In this document: positions 41,674 through 50,784 of the stretch, piece by piece
Numbering within the stretch: position 1 is the first letter of the stretch
Layout: every line of letters starts with the position of its first letter
From: Acidobacteriota bacterium
Lineage (GTDB): Bacteria; Acidobacteriota; Terriglobia; 20CM-2-55-15
NCBI GenBank assembly: GCA_022821145.1
Contig: JAJEEE010000010.1
Coordinates: forward strand, 10,015-74,014
DNA length: 64,000 nucleotides
Direction of reading: 5' to 3'
Position numbers and translations under genes: made by a program
Notes under the pieces: model-generated
What the model saw: the letters and a program-made list of their open reading frames with translations, nothing else
Databases searched by the model: none
Told to the model about the DNA's origin: nothing

Positions 41674-43359
41674 ATGACACGCATCGTGGTATACGGTCCG
41701 AACCGAAGGCTGGGTACATTGGTCGCCCGACTGGCGGTCATTGTCTGTCTTTGGTCCGGCGCGAGCCTTCTATGCGCCGCGCAAGCCGGAGACGAACCCG
41801 ATGTCCTGCGTGTCGGCGCCCAGCTCGTGCAGGTGAACGTCGTCGTCACCGACGACGACGGCCCCGTCCACGATCTGACGGCCGACGACTTCACCGTGCT
41901 GGACGACGGCGTCGTACGCACGATCGAGGTGTTCGAGGTCATCCGCTCCGAGACCGGCGATTCCGATGCGGCGGCGATGCTGCCCGACCACGTCGTATCG
42001 AACCGGCTGGACCGCCGCGGACGCCGGCCCGAATCCGCCACGGCCATTCTCGTCGACCGGCTGAACACGCTCGGCCCCGATCAGGCGTTCATGGACGACC
42101 AGGTCCGGACTTTCCTCGATGAAGCGGCAGCCGGCGGCGAGCATGTCGCCGTCCTCGAACTCCGAGAGGACGGCCTGACCGTCCTGGCCGACTTTACGAA
42201 TCACGCCTCGGTCCTTCGGAACGCGCTGGAGAGCCGCCGCCCGTCCCACTCCCTGGCGATGGAGTCGAGCCAGGACTTCTTCATGGGCGGATTGGACCCC
42301 GTGCTGGCGGAAGCGGCGGGGGAATCCACCGGCGACGAAGACGACAATGCCGACGGATTGGCGACCACGTTGCTGATCCAGGTTCAACGGTACTACATGA
42401 ACCGGCGCGTCTTGCTGACGGCCGCGGCGCTCGAGGCCGGCGCACGATACTTGTCACCGTTGCCCGGCCGGAAGAACCTCGTATGGCTTTCCGCGCAGTT
42501 TCCGTTTCCGTACAGGCCTTGGCAGGACCCGCGATTCAACATCGCCGGCGCCAACCTGCCGCCCGCGACGCTCGACCGGATCGAGGACGTCTTTCGCATC
42601 ATCGTCGACAGTGACGTCGCCGTGTATCCGATCGATGCATTGGGACTCCGCAGCGAACGCTTCCGCGGCTTCGGGGGCAACCGCGACGCGGCCGCGGACT
42701 TGAACAAAATAGTCGATCTGCCGATGAGGATCGCCGCGGTCACCGGGGGACGCACGTCGTTCAACACGAACGGGCTGACCACCCGGATGCGCGAGGCGGT
42801 CCGTGACATGAACGCCAGCTACTCGCTCGGGTTCTACGTTCCGGAAGTCGAGTCCGACGCGGAGTTCCATGAGATCGACGTTCGTGTCGAGCGCGATGAC
42901 GTCGACGTCCTGCACCGGAGCGGCTACTTCGGGTTCGACGCCTCCCCGTCGGTCGAACGCGCCCTGAACCAGACGTTGACGGATCCGTTCGACGCGACCG
43001 GCATCGGCCTGCTCGCGGCCGCGGAACCCATACCGGACGAAACGGGCAGCTATACGGTCACACTCGCAGTCGACGTGAATGACATCGACCTGATTCGGAA
43101 AGGCGACCACTGGGCCGGTTCACTCACGGTCGCGATGGGTTTCTACGCTACTTCGTTGGACGAGTATCGGCGTTTCGCGCCCGTCCGTCACGAGGTCCGC
43201 CTAACGGATTCGCAACTCGCAACGGCCCGGCAGGTGATGAGCGTGATCATCCCGCAAGCAGTCGATACGGGGAACGACGCCGGCCATCTCCGCGTGGCCG
43301 TGCAGGATGCAGCGACGGGCGAGACCGGTTCGCTCTGGCTGAGCCTCGGCCAAGAATAG
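41674..43359 (+). CDS. Acidobacterial-type VWA domain protein, copy 1
   Basis: Signal peptide; LVQVNVVV, L..DDF.V.DDG, PGRKNLVWLS, VAVYPID, TGGR, YSLGFY, V.HRSGYF. Confidence 0.9.
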   Translation: MTRIVVYGPNRRLGTLVARLAVIVCLWSGASLLCAAQAGDEPDVLRVGAQLVQVNVVVTDDDGPVHDLTADDFTVLDDGVVRTIEVFEVIRSETGDSDAAAMLPDHVVSNRLDRRGRRPESATAILVDRLNTLGPDQAFMDDQVRTFLDEAAAGGEHVAVLELREDGLTVLADFTNHASVLRNALESRRPSHSLAMESSQDFFMGGLDPVLAEAAGESTGDEDDNADGLATTLLIQVQRYYMNRRVLLTAAALEAGARYLSPLPGRKNLVWLSAQFPFPYRPWQDPRFNIAGANLPPATLDRIEDVFRIIVDSDVAVYPIDALGLRSERFRGFGGNRDAAADLNKIVDLPMRIAAVTGGRTSFNTNGLTTRMREAVRDMNASYSLGFYVPEVESDAEFHEIDVRVERDDVDVLHRSGYFGFDASPSVERALNQTLTDPFDATGIGLLAAAEPIPDETGSYTVTLAVDVNDIDLIRKGDHWAGSLTVAMGFYATSLDEYRRFAPVRHEVRLTDSQLATARQVMSVIIPQAVDTGNDAGHLRVAVQDAATGETGSLWLSLGQE

Positions 43360-43365
43360 CCGAGC

Positions 43366-43399
43366 CCGGTCCAAGGAAATGTCCGGTCCAAGGAAATGG
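43366..43399 (+). repeat. 17-bp tandem duplication in VWA spacer
   Basis: ccggtccaaggaaatg(t/g) twice; a single diverged copy in the homologous spacer near 41564. Confidence 0.8.
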
Positions 43400-43470
43400 G
43401 CCTCGCGGCGATCCGATGATACGCTTCAGCTACAGGTCTACGGCGACGTCGGCCGCCTCGGTAACGCTGT

Positions 43471-45180
43471 ATGACATACATCGCGCGACACGGTCCGAAC
43501 GGCAGGCCGGGCACGTCGGTCGCCCGGCTGTCGGTCGTCGTCTGTCTTTGGTCGGGCGCGGACCTTCTCGGCGCGGCCCAGGTGGGCGAGGAAGCCGGCG
43601 TCCTGCGCGTCGGCACGCAGCTCGTGCAGGTGAACGTCGTCGTGACCGGCGACGAGGGCCCCATCCGGGACCTGACCGTCGACGACTTCACCGTCCTGGA
43701 CGACGGCGTCGAACGCCGTATCGAGGTCTTCGACGTGATCCGCTCCGCGACGGATGACGCCGATCCGGCGGCGATGCTCCCCGACGGCATCGTGTCGAAC
43801 CGCCTCGATCGCCGTGGACGACGGCCGGAATCCGTCACGGCCATCCTCATCGATCGGGTGAATACGCAGGTTATCGACCAGCCGTTCATGGACGACCAGG
43901 TCCGGTCGTTCCTCGACGACGCGTCGGCCACCGGCGAGCACGTCGCCGTTCTCGAACTCGGCGAGGAGGGGCTGACTGTCCTGGCCGACTTCACGGCTCA
44001 CCCCGTGGCTGTTCGCGACGCGCTCCAGTCCCGACGCCCATCGCACTCGCTGGCGTTGGAATCGAGCCGGGATTTCGTCACGGGCGAGATGGACCCGGTG
44101 CGCGCGGGAACGGAGGGATTTCCTCACGCCAACGATTACATCCGATCGAGCCTGGAATTCTTCTGGGGACGGGACCCCATGAGCGCAATGACGGCAGCAC
44201 GATCGCCCTTCCGGCTATACGCGGACGTGCTCTCGCGCCAGATTGAAGCGTATTACATGGAACGGCGAGTCGTACTGACGGTTGCCGCACTCGAGGCGAC
44301 GGCCCGGCACCTGTCAGAGTTTCCCGGCCGCAAGAACCTCGTGTGGCTCTCCGCGCGGTTTCCGTTTCCGTTCCGGCCGTGGCAGGACCCTCGACTCAAC
44401 TTCGCTGCCGCGAGCGGGTGGCCGCATTCCACTCTGGATCGAATCGACGAGGCGTTTCGCAGGATCGTCGACAGCGACGTCGCCGTGTATCCGATCGATG
44501 CACTGGGCCTACCCGCTCGATCGGACGCAACAATCGGCATTCAGATGGAGATCGCCGAAATCACGGGCGGACGCGTGTCGTTCAACACCAACGGACCGGC
44601 CGCACGCATGCATCAGGCGGCCCGGGACACGGGCACCAACTACTCGTTGGGATTCTACGTCCCGGAAGTCGAGTCCGACGCGGAGTTTCACGAACTGGAG
44701 GTTCGCGTGGACCGCGACGGCGTCGACGTACTGCATCGGAGCGGCTACTTCGGATTCGGCGCCGACGCGCCGGGTTCAGGCGACCTGGACCGGACCCTGC
44801 AGGACCCGTTCAACGCGATGGGAGTCGGCCTGCTCGCCACGGCGGAACCCGTTCCGGCCGCGCCCGGCCTGTATACGGTCACCCTCGCCATCGACGTGAA
44901 CGACATCGACCTGATCCGGGAAGCCGATCACTGGACCGGATCGCTCGCGGTTGTGACGAGCTTCTACATCACCGAATTGGACCGGTACTCGAACGGGCCG
45001 CCCGTCATGCACGCGATCCGGCTCACCGACGCCGAATACGAGACGGCGCAGCGGTTGTCGAACGTCGTTCTCGAGGACGTCGTCGAAACCGACGGCTACG
45101 CCGGTCATCTCCGCGTGGCCGTGCAGGATGCAGCGACGGGCGAGACCGGTTCGCTCTGGCTGAGCCTCGGCGAGGAGTAA
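43471..45180 (+). CDS. Acidobacterial-type VWA domain protein, copy 2
   Basis: Same motifs as copy 1; near-identical 3' end. Confidence 0.9.
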   Translation: MTYIARHGPNGRPGTSVARLSVVVCLWSGADLLGAAQVGEEAGVLRVGTQLVQVNVVVTGDEGPIRDLTVDDFTVLDDGVERRIEVFDVIRSATDDADPAAMLPDGIVSNRLDRRGRRPESVTAILIDRVNTQVIDQPFMDDQVRSFLDDASATGEHVAVLELGEEGLTVLADFTAHPVAVRDALQSRRPSHSLALESSRDFVTGEMDPVRAGTEGFPHANDYIRSSLEFFWGRDPMSAMTAARSPFRLYADVLSRQIEAYYMERRVVLTVAALEATARHLSEFPGRKNLVWLSARFPFPFRPWQDPRLNFAAASGWPHSTLDRIDEAFRRIVDSDVAVYPIDALGLPARSDATIGIQMEIAEITGGRVSFNTNGPAARMHQAARDTGTNYSLGFYVPEVESDAEFHELEVRVDRDGVDVLHRSGYFGFGADAPGSGDLDRTLQDPFNAMGVGLLATAEPVPAAPGLYTVTLAIDVNDIDLIREADHWTGSLAVVTSFYITELDRYSNGPPVMHAIRLTDAEYETAQRLSNVVLEDVVETDGYAGHLRVAVQDAATGETGSLWLSLGEE

Positions 45181-45236
45181 CCGGCCCGGCCGCGGGCGCG
45201 GGACAACGATTCGACCCCCGCTCGCCGGAAGCGTCG

Positions 45237-46028
45237 CTACGACTTCTCGGGACCGCGTTTGTGCGAATAGAGAGGACTGTATTCCAGTCCGTATGGAGTG
45301 GTGCGCTTCGTGGCGGCTTTCTCCCGGGAGTACTCTTTCCGAGACCGCCAGATCTCCGCCACCTCCGCCTCCGTACAATCGTCCAGGGCGATCTCCTCGC
45401 GCGGCACGAAGAATACCTGACCGATCGGCATGCTGTGTATCCCGGAGATTCCCTCTCCGGGTTCCAGGACGTAACGGAATTCGGAGTCGTGGACGTACCA
45501 ATCCGTTTCGACCCGTACGACCAACATCGGCGCGATCGGCCGCTCGATCATGTTGAGAACGGGAACGTACACGGTGTCCCAGGCGGCCTCGGTGCGGAAG
45601 TTCGTCGCGCCGCGGAGCGTGACGGCGCCCGCCGGAGTGCCGAGGTCTTCGGGTACGAAGAACGCTCGCGCCAAGGCGGGCGCGGACTTCGGGGGGAGCG
45701 GCGGGTTCGCGACCATGAACTCCACGTCGTGCCGCATCTTGCCGTTGCTCCCGACCGGAAGCGCGTAAGTGATCGAGAAGATCGCCTGCCGATCCCCGGA
45801 GGCCGCGGTGACGAAATAGGTGAAGCGGTATTGCCCGTCGCCGAGGAACTCGACGTGATACGACTCCGCCGGCTCCAGCGGCGGATAGACCAGAAACCCG
45901 AGGGCGCTCCCGGCCTCCAGGACCGGGCAGTTGCGCGAGTGTTGCGGCAGGTGCGGCCGCTGGGATTCCTTACGCGGCTTCAAGCCGACACCGGGCCGCG
46001 TCGAATTGGGGAACATCCGGACTCTCAT
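45237..46028 (-). CDS. DUF6065-like hypothetical protein
   Basis: CPVLEAGSALGFLVYPP, VETDW, PIGQVFFVPR pattern. Confidence 0.55.
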   Translation of the reverse strand: MRVRMFPNSTRPGVGLKPRKESQRPHLPQHSRNCPVLEAGSALGFLVYPPLEPAESYHVEFLGDGQYRFTYFVTAASGDRQAIFSITYALPVGSNGKMRHDVEFMVANPPLPPKSAPALARAFFVPEDLGTPAGAVTLRGATNFRTEAAWDTVYVPVLNMIERPIAPMLVVRVETDWYVHDSEFRYVLEPGEGISGIHSMPIGQVFFVPREEIALDDCTEAEVAEIWRSRKEYSREKAATKRTTPYGLEYSPLYSHKRGPEKS

Positions 46029-46131
46029 GGGCAGATGACAGGCGACGGGCGGTTCGTGTCGATGACGAGCGGGAAACCGTGCGCTCGAGGAACCGAGCGG
46101 CGGCCACGCCCCGCGCCGCGCGCGGCGCCGG

Positions 46132-46746
46132 CTACTGGTTCGGGTTGATGCCGCGGGTCCGGCTCAACCACTCGACAAGGGTTTCCAATTCTTCGTCCGT
46201 GATCACCGCGCCCTGTTCTCTCATGTTGACCAGCACGACGCGCCATCCGTCGAGCGAGTACCGCGACTCGTTGATCCGGTCCATGCCGTGACACGGCGTA
46301 CACGCCCTCTCCATCAGCCGGAACGCTTCCGGATCCGTGAAGAACACGGTGATCTCGGGAGGAATGTACGACCGGGGGAATGCCTCCGAGTCCGCGCCGA
46401 ACTCGGCCACGAGCCAATCGAGGAGAAGGTTCCGGTCGTCGTCGGAGAGGACCACGTCCTCGTAGTCCATGTGCTGGGAGTCGATGAGATCCACCCATCC
46501 GGCTCTGTCCAGGGCAAAAAAGGCGTAGTCGTCGATGCCGTGGCACGAAATGCAGTTCTGGCGTATGACCTGCCACACGGGGCCATCCGGTCGTTCGACG
46601 CTCGGCCGGGCGGCGCTCCTGTCCTGCGCGCCCGCGGACGCGCCCGGCGGGACCCACAGCCCCACGAGGACGAGGACCGCCCACGATGTTGCGGATTTTC
46701 TGGAGTTCGCCTTCATCCGCCGTCTTCCTCGATTGAGTTCATCCAA
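46132..46746 (-). CDS. Secreted diheme cytochrome c
   Basis: Signal peptide; CISCH and CTPCH in two similar halves; start may be 46716. Confidence 0.8.
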   Translation of the reverse strand: MDELNRGRRRMKANSRKSATSWAVLVLVGLWVPPGASAGAQDRSAARPSVERPDGPVWQVIRQNCISCHGIDDYAFFALDRAGWVDLIDSQHMDYEDVVLSDDDRNLLLDWLVAEFGADSEAFPRSYIPPEITVFFTDPEAFRLMERACTPCHGMDRINESRYSLDGWRVVLVNMREQGAVITDEELETLVEWLSRTRGINPNQ

Positions 46747-46770
46747 CCCGCGTGAGGGAACGCTTCTCGC

Positions 46771-46822
46771 AAAAACCGATGATCGCCGCGCAGACCCGAA
46801 GGATCGGGCGCGCGGCGATCAT
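46771..46822 (-). terminator. Probable intrinsic terminator after DUF1552 copy 2
   Basis: 13-bp perfect arms atgatcgccgcgc/gcgcggcgatcat followed by TTTTT on the minus strand. Confidence 0.6.
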
Positions 46823-46845
46823 GAAACGGCGGTTCCGGTTCGGGC

Positions 46846-48228
46846 CTAGGCTATGGATAGCCGTCCCGTGCTGTCACCGAGTACGCCTCGCTTGAGACCG
46901 TACAACTCGCTCAGCTCGGGGCCGTACAACTCGACCGGCTCGATATCGTACAGCTCGAGGACGCCGAGGAGCATGTTCGAACACCGCTCGACGTTGTCCG
47001 GGTACACGATGTGACGATTGCCCCGGAAGGTCCCGTCGACGCCGCCCACCAGGATGACGGGCACTTTCTCATGAGCGTGGCGATGGGAGTTGCCCATGTT
47101 GGTGCCCTTGTAGATCAGCACGTGATCGAGAACGCTTCCGTCGCCGTCGGGAATGTTCTTCAACTTCTCGACGAAGTACGCGAGGTTCTGGACGTGATAC
47201 CGGTTGATCTTGGCGTAGTTGGCGATGTTGTCCGGCTTGTCGCCGTGATGGGACGATCCGTGCCACCCGCCGTCGAACCCGGACTCGGGGAAGGTGGTGC
47301 CGGTCAGATCGCGGCCCAGCATGAACGTGATCGAACGCGTGATGTCTCCCTCGAAAGCCAGCGCCATCAGGTCGTACATCAAGTGGAAATGGTCGTGCTT
47401 GCTCTGGGGCACGCCGAAGGGGATCTCCTCGGTGGGCTCCGCCACGTTCTTGTCCATCGCGATCTGGATGCGGCGTTCGATCTCGCGGACATTGTCCAGA
47501 TAGGTGTCAAGGCGGGCCTGATCTCCCGCGGGCAGGTCGCGCTTCAGCGCGGGGATCTCGCGGGTGACCGAATCGAGGATGCTGGCGTTCCGCATGCGTC
47601 CCCGCAGCCGCTCCTCGGTGCTCGTCCCGTCGCCGAACAGCCGCTCGAAGGCCACGCGGGGGTTCGTTTCGGTCGGCAGCGGCTGGGTGGGCGTCGGCCA
47701 CGAGATGCTGTTGGAGTAGGCGCAACTGTAGCCGAAGTTGCACCCGCCGAAGTTGCCGGTATCCTCGATCCCGAGCTGAAGCGACGACAGGATCGTGTCC
47801 TGGCCGTACTTCTTCGCGACCATCTGATCGACCGTGACGCCCAGATACGGGTTCACGTTGTTCCGTCGCGGGCGGGCGCCGGACAACAACGCGGCGCCGC
47901 GCGCGTGATCGCCCGCGGGTTCTTCGAGGGTCGGCGCCGAGGCCGTTGCATCGAGGTTGGTGAGGAGAACCGTGTGGTCCCGGAACGGCTCCAACGGTTT
48001 CGTGATGTAGGAGAAGTCGAAATCGGAGCCTTCCTGCGCGGGGCTCCAATAGCCCGGGGCCGCCCCGTGCGGGTGCCAGATCCCCACGAAACGGGGGGTC
48101 GGCGCCGCCGCCGTCTGGTTCAACGGCGTTTGAGCCGGAAGCATCGATTCCATCAACGGCAGGGACACCGTCGCGCCGACGCCCTTCAGGAACGTCCGGC
48201 GGGGGATCGCCTTCTTGGTGATAAACAT
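46846..48228 (-). CDS. DUF1552 protein, copy 2
   Basis: IPRRTFLKG, CNFGYSCAYSNSISW, FERLFGDG, HGSSHH, GNSHRH. Confidence 0.9.
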   Translation of the reverse strand: MFITKKAIPRRTFLKGVGATVSLPLMESMLPAQTPLNQTAAAPTPRFVGIWHPHGAAPGYWSPAQEGSDFDFSYITKPLEPFRDHTVLLTNLDATASAPTLEEPAGDHARGAALLSGARPRRNNVNPYLGVTVDQMVAKKYGQDTILSSLQLGIEDTGNFGGCNFGYSCAYSNSISWPTPTQPLPTETNPRVAFERLFGDGTSTEERLRGRMRNASILDSVTREIPALKRDLPAGDQARLDTYLDNVREIERRIQIAMDKNVAEPTEEIPFGVPQSKHDHFHLMYDLMALAFEGDITRSITFMLGRDLTGTTFPESGFDGGWHGSSHHGDKPDNIANYAKINRYHVQNLAYFVEKLKNIPDGDGSVLDHVLIYKGTNMGNSHRHAHEKVPVILVGGVDGTFRGNRHIVYPDNVERCSNMLLGVLELYDIEPVELYGPELSELYGLKRGVLGDSTGRLSIA

Positions 48229-48285
48229 GGACGCGGCCTCCTTCACTCGCAAGATGCAGGCATGCCTGTCGGCATACTAAGTCCG

Positions 48286-50697
48286 CTATTCGGCCGATGC
48301 AAGTTCTTCCGACCTCGCACGCATCAGAAACTGCGGGCTCTCGACGATGCCCTTGACGATCGAGCTGAACCGGTATCCGTCCTGCTCCGCATCCCGGACG
48401 ATCGAACGGATCGAGGGCATATCGGAGTATTGGACGCCACGCCCCAGGGCGTACGTCATCATGTTCCGGGTAATCGTCCGGACATACTGCGGCGTGTAGC
48501 CCAGCAGGAACTGCCGCAGCTCGGCGGGTCCGTTGACCACCGTGCCGTCGTGAAGCTCCACCGTCGTATCGAACGGCGTCCGGTCCTCGTCTCCCCGATC
48601 GGTTCGCCAGCTTCCGTCGGCGTCGAAGTTCTCGAGCGCGAAACCGATGGGATCCATCAGCCTGTGGCACGTCGCGCACGGTTCGTTCACACGGTGGATG
48701 GTCATCTGCTCGCGCAACGTGAGAACCCTTCCATCGTCGTTGCCGGAGTCCTCCAGGGCCGGAACGTTCGGCGGTGGGGCCGGCGCCGGACTGCCGAGAA
48801 TGTTCTCCAGGATCCAGACCCCGCGCTTGACGGGCGAGGTCCTGAAATTCTGAGTGAACGTGATCGACAGGAAGCTCCCCTGCCCCAGCAGCCCCCGGCG
48901 ATAGTCCAACTCCGGCCCGAGGTTCACGCGGCGGAAGTGGGAGCCGTAAATGCCCGGGATGCCGTAGTGTTGGGCCAGCCTCTCGTTGATGTACGTGTAG
49001 TCCGCCGTCAACAGGTCGACGATGCTGCGGTCCTCCCGGATGATGCTGTCGAACAGCAACTCCGTTTCGCGGTGGAAGCTCCGCCTCAGATCATCGTCCC
49101 AGTTGGGATAGAACTTGCCGTCGGGGAACGTCACGGGCAGGTTTCGCAGGTACAGCAACTGGTTGGCAAAATTCTCCACGAGAGCTTCGGATCGGGCGTC
49201 CCGGAGCATGCGGTCGACCTGCTGTCCGAGCACCGTGGGATCGCCCAGCCGCCCCGCGGCCGCGAGGTCGATCAACTCGTCGTCGGGGATGCTGCTCCAC
49301 AGGAAGAATGACAAGCGAGACGCCAATTCCAGATCATCGATGCGATAGGTCTCGCCCGGAGCCAGACCGGCCGGCTCCCTTTCCAGGCGCACCAGGAACT
49401 GCGGGCTGGCCAGGATCCTGCGGAGCGCCAACTCGATCCCGTCCTCGAAGCCGCCATCGGCGCGACCCTCGTTGTAGAACACCATCAAGGCCTCGAGGTC
49501 CTGCGCGTCCACGGGACGTCGAAAGGCCTGCCTGGCCAGCGTCGAAATGATCTCGTTCGCGCAGGACGCTTCCTGATCCGGGTTCTCGGGCCGGCACGTG
49601 AAGACCTTGCGGATGCTGGGCGAGTCCGTCGGCCGCTCGGCGCCGAACGGCCCGGAGATCCTGAAGAAGCCGATGATCGGGGGATACTGCAACTGTGCGA
49701 TGCGGTTGTTCTCCAGGGACTTCCGATCGTATTCCTGGACCATGTTGAGGCTGGGTCCGTAGTTCCTCGCAAGGAACGTGGCCCCCACGTCGCGAGTGCC
49801 GGCCCGCACGTAGGCCGTCACATCGATGGATCCGTCATTCTCCGCGGACATGCCGGAACTGATGCCGACGCCGGTATAGTCGGCCACCCCGATGCGCTCG
49901 CCGTCGACCAGGAACACGACGCGCTCTCCCGGGTGAAAGCTCCCCAGGCCGTAGTTCTGGACCGAGAACCTGTATTCGCCGTCGGCCGGGAAGGTGTGAC
50001 GAACGCGCATGCCGCCGCGCGTGCCGAACGGCAGTCCCTCGATGTGATGCGACTGCGACGTGTCGGCCGACGCGATGTAGCTGGCCTGCGTCGGGGACCG
50101 CCAGTAGCCGACCGCCATGCGGGCGATCCGCGCCGCCGCCGTCAGGTAGGATTCCAGCAGCGTCGGGGACAACGTCAAGGAACCCGCGACGTTGTCGAAG
50201 CCGTCCGCCGAATCGTCCGGAGGCAGGAACAGCGCGGGATCGATTTCAAGGTCGATAAGGTCGCGAACCGCGTTGGCGTATTCGGCCCGGTTCATGCGGT
50301 GCATCACGATGGATCCGGGATTCGGACGATCGGCCGCGGCGCTGTCGATCGTGTTCTCCAGCCAGTCCCGAAGCGCCTCGTACTCCGCCTGGGCGGGCCG
50401 CCGCACGCCGGCCGGAGGCATCACGCCGGCCCGCAGTTTGCGTATGACCGTTTCCCACAACTCGGCGTTGCTCGCGATATCGGAGAAATCGGCGTTCTCC
50501 AGCGTCAGGTTCGCCGTTCGGACCTGATCGCTGTGGCAGGTGACGCAATACGTATCGACCACTGCCTTGTGGTTCCGCGCGTCGGCGGGTAAATCGGCAG
50601 CGGTCGAGACACCCTGCCCGTAGCCGGGGACCGCAGCCAGCAAAGCGATGCAACTGATTGCCCACGCCGTCTTCATGGCCGGCTCCATCGGATCCAA
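48286..50697 (-). CDS. DUF1592-family diheme protein, copy 2
   Basis: CVTCH, RMNRAEYANAVRDL, LASRLSFFLWSSIPD, CATCH; start may be 50676. Confidence 0.9.
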   Translation of the reverse strand: MDPMEPAMKTAWAISCIALLAAVPGYGQGVSTAADLPADARNHKAVVDTYCVTCHSDQVRTANLTLENADFSDIASNAELWETVIRKLRAGVMPPAGVRRPAQAEYEALRDWLENTIDSAAADRPNPGSIVMHRMNRAEYANAVRDLIDLEIDPALFLPPDDSADGFDNVAGSLTLSPTLLESYLTAAARIARMAVGYWRSPTQASYIASADTSQSHHIEGLPFGTRGGMRVRHTFPADGEYRFSVQNYGLGSFHPGERVVFLVDGERIGVADYTGVGISSGMSAENDGSIDVTAYVRAGTRDVGATFLARNYGPSLNMVQEYDRKSLENNRIAQLQYPPIIGFFRISGPFGAERPTDSPSIRKVFTCRPENPDQEASCANEIISTLARQAFRRPVDAQDLEALMVFYNEGRADGGFEDGIELALRRILASPQFLVRLEREPAGLAPGETYRIDDLELASRLSFFLWSSIPDDELIDLAAAGRLGDPTVLGQQVDRMLRDARSEALVENFANQLLYLRNLPVTFPDGKFYPNWDDDLRRSFHRETELLFDSIIREDRSIVDLLTADYTYINERLAQHYGIPGIYGSHFRRVNLGPELDYRRGLLGQGSFLSITFTQNFRTSPVKRGVWILENILGSPAPAPPPNVPALEDSGNDDGRVLTLREQMTIHRVNEPCATCHRLMDPIGFALENFDADGSWRTDRGDEDRTPFDTTVELHDGTVVNGPAELRQFLLGYTPQYVRTITRNMMTYALGRGVQYSDMPSIRSIVRDAEQDGYRFSSIVKGIVESPQFLMRARSEELASAE

Positions 50698-50784
50698 TAA
50701 TGTTGAACGGAATTCTAATGCAAACTATGATCGACCACGCAGCAAATTGATTCCCGTGATCGACGAAGCTGCGGGAGGCCACAG

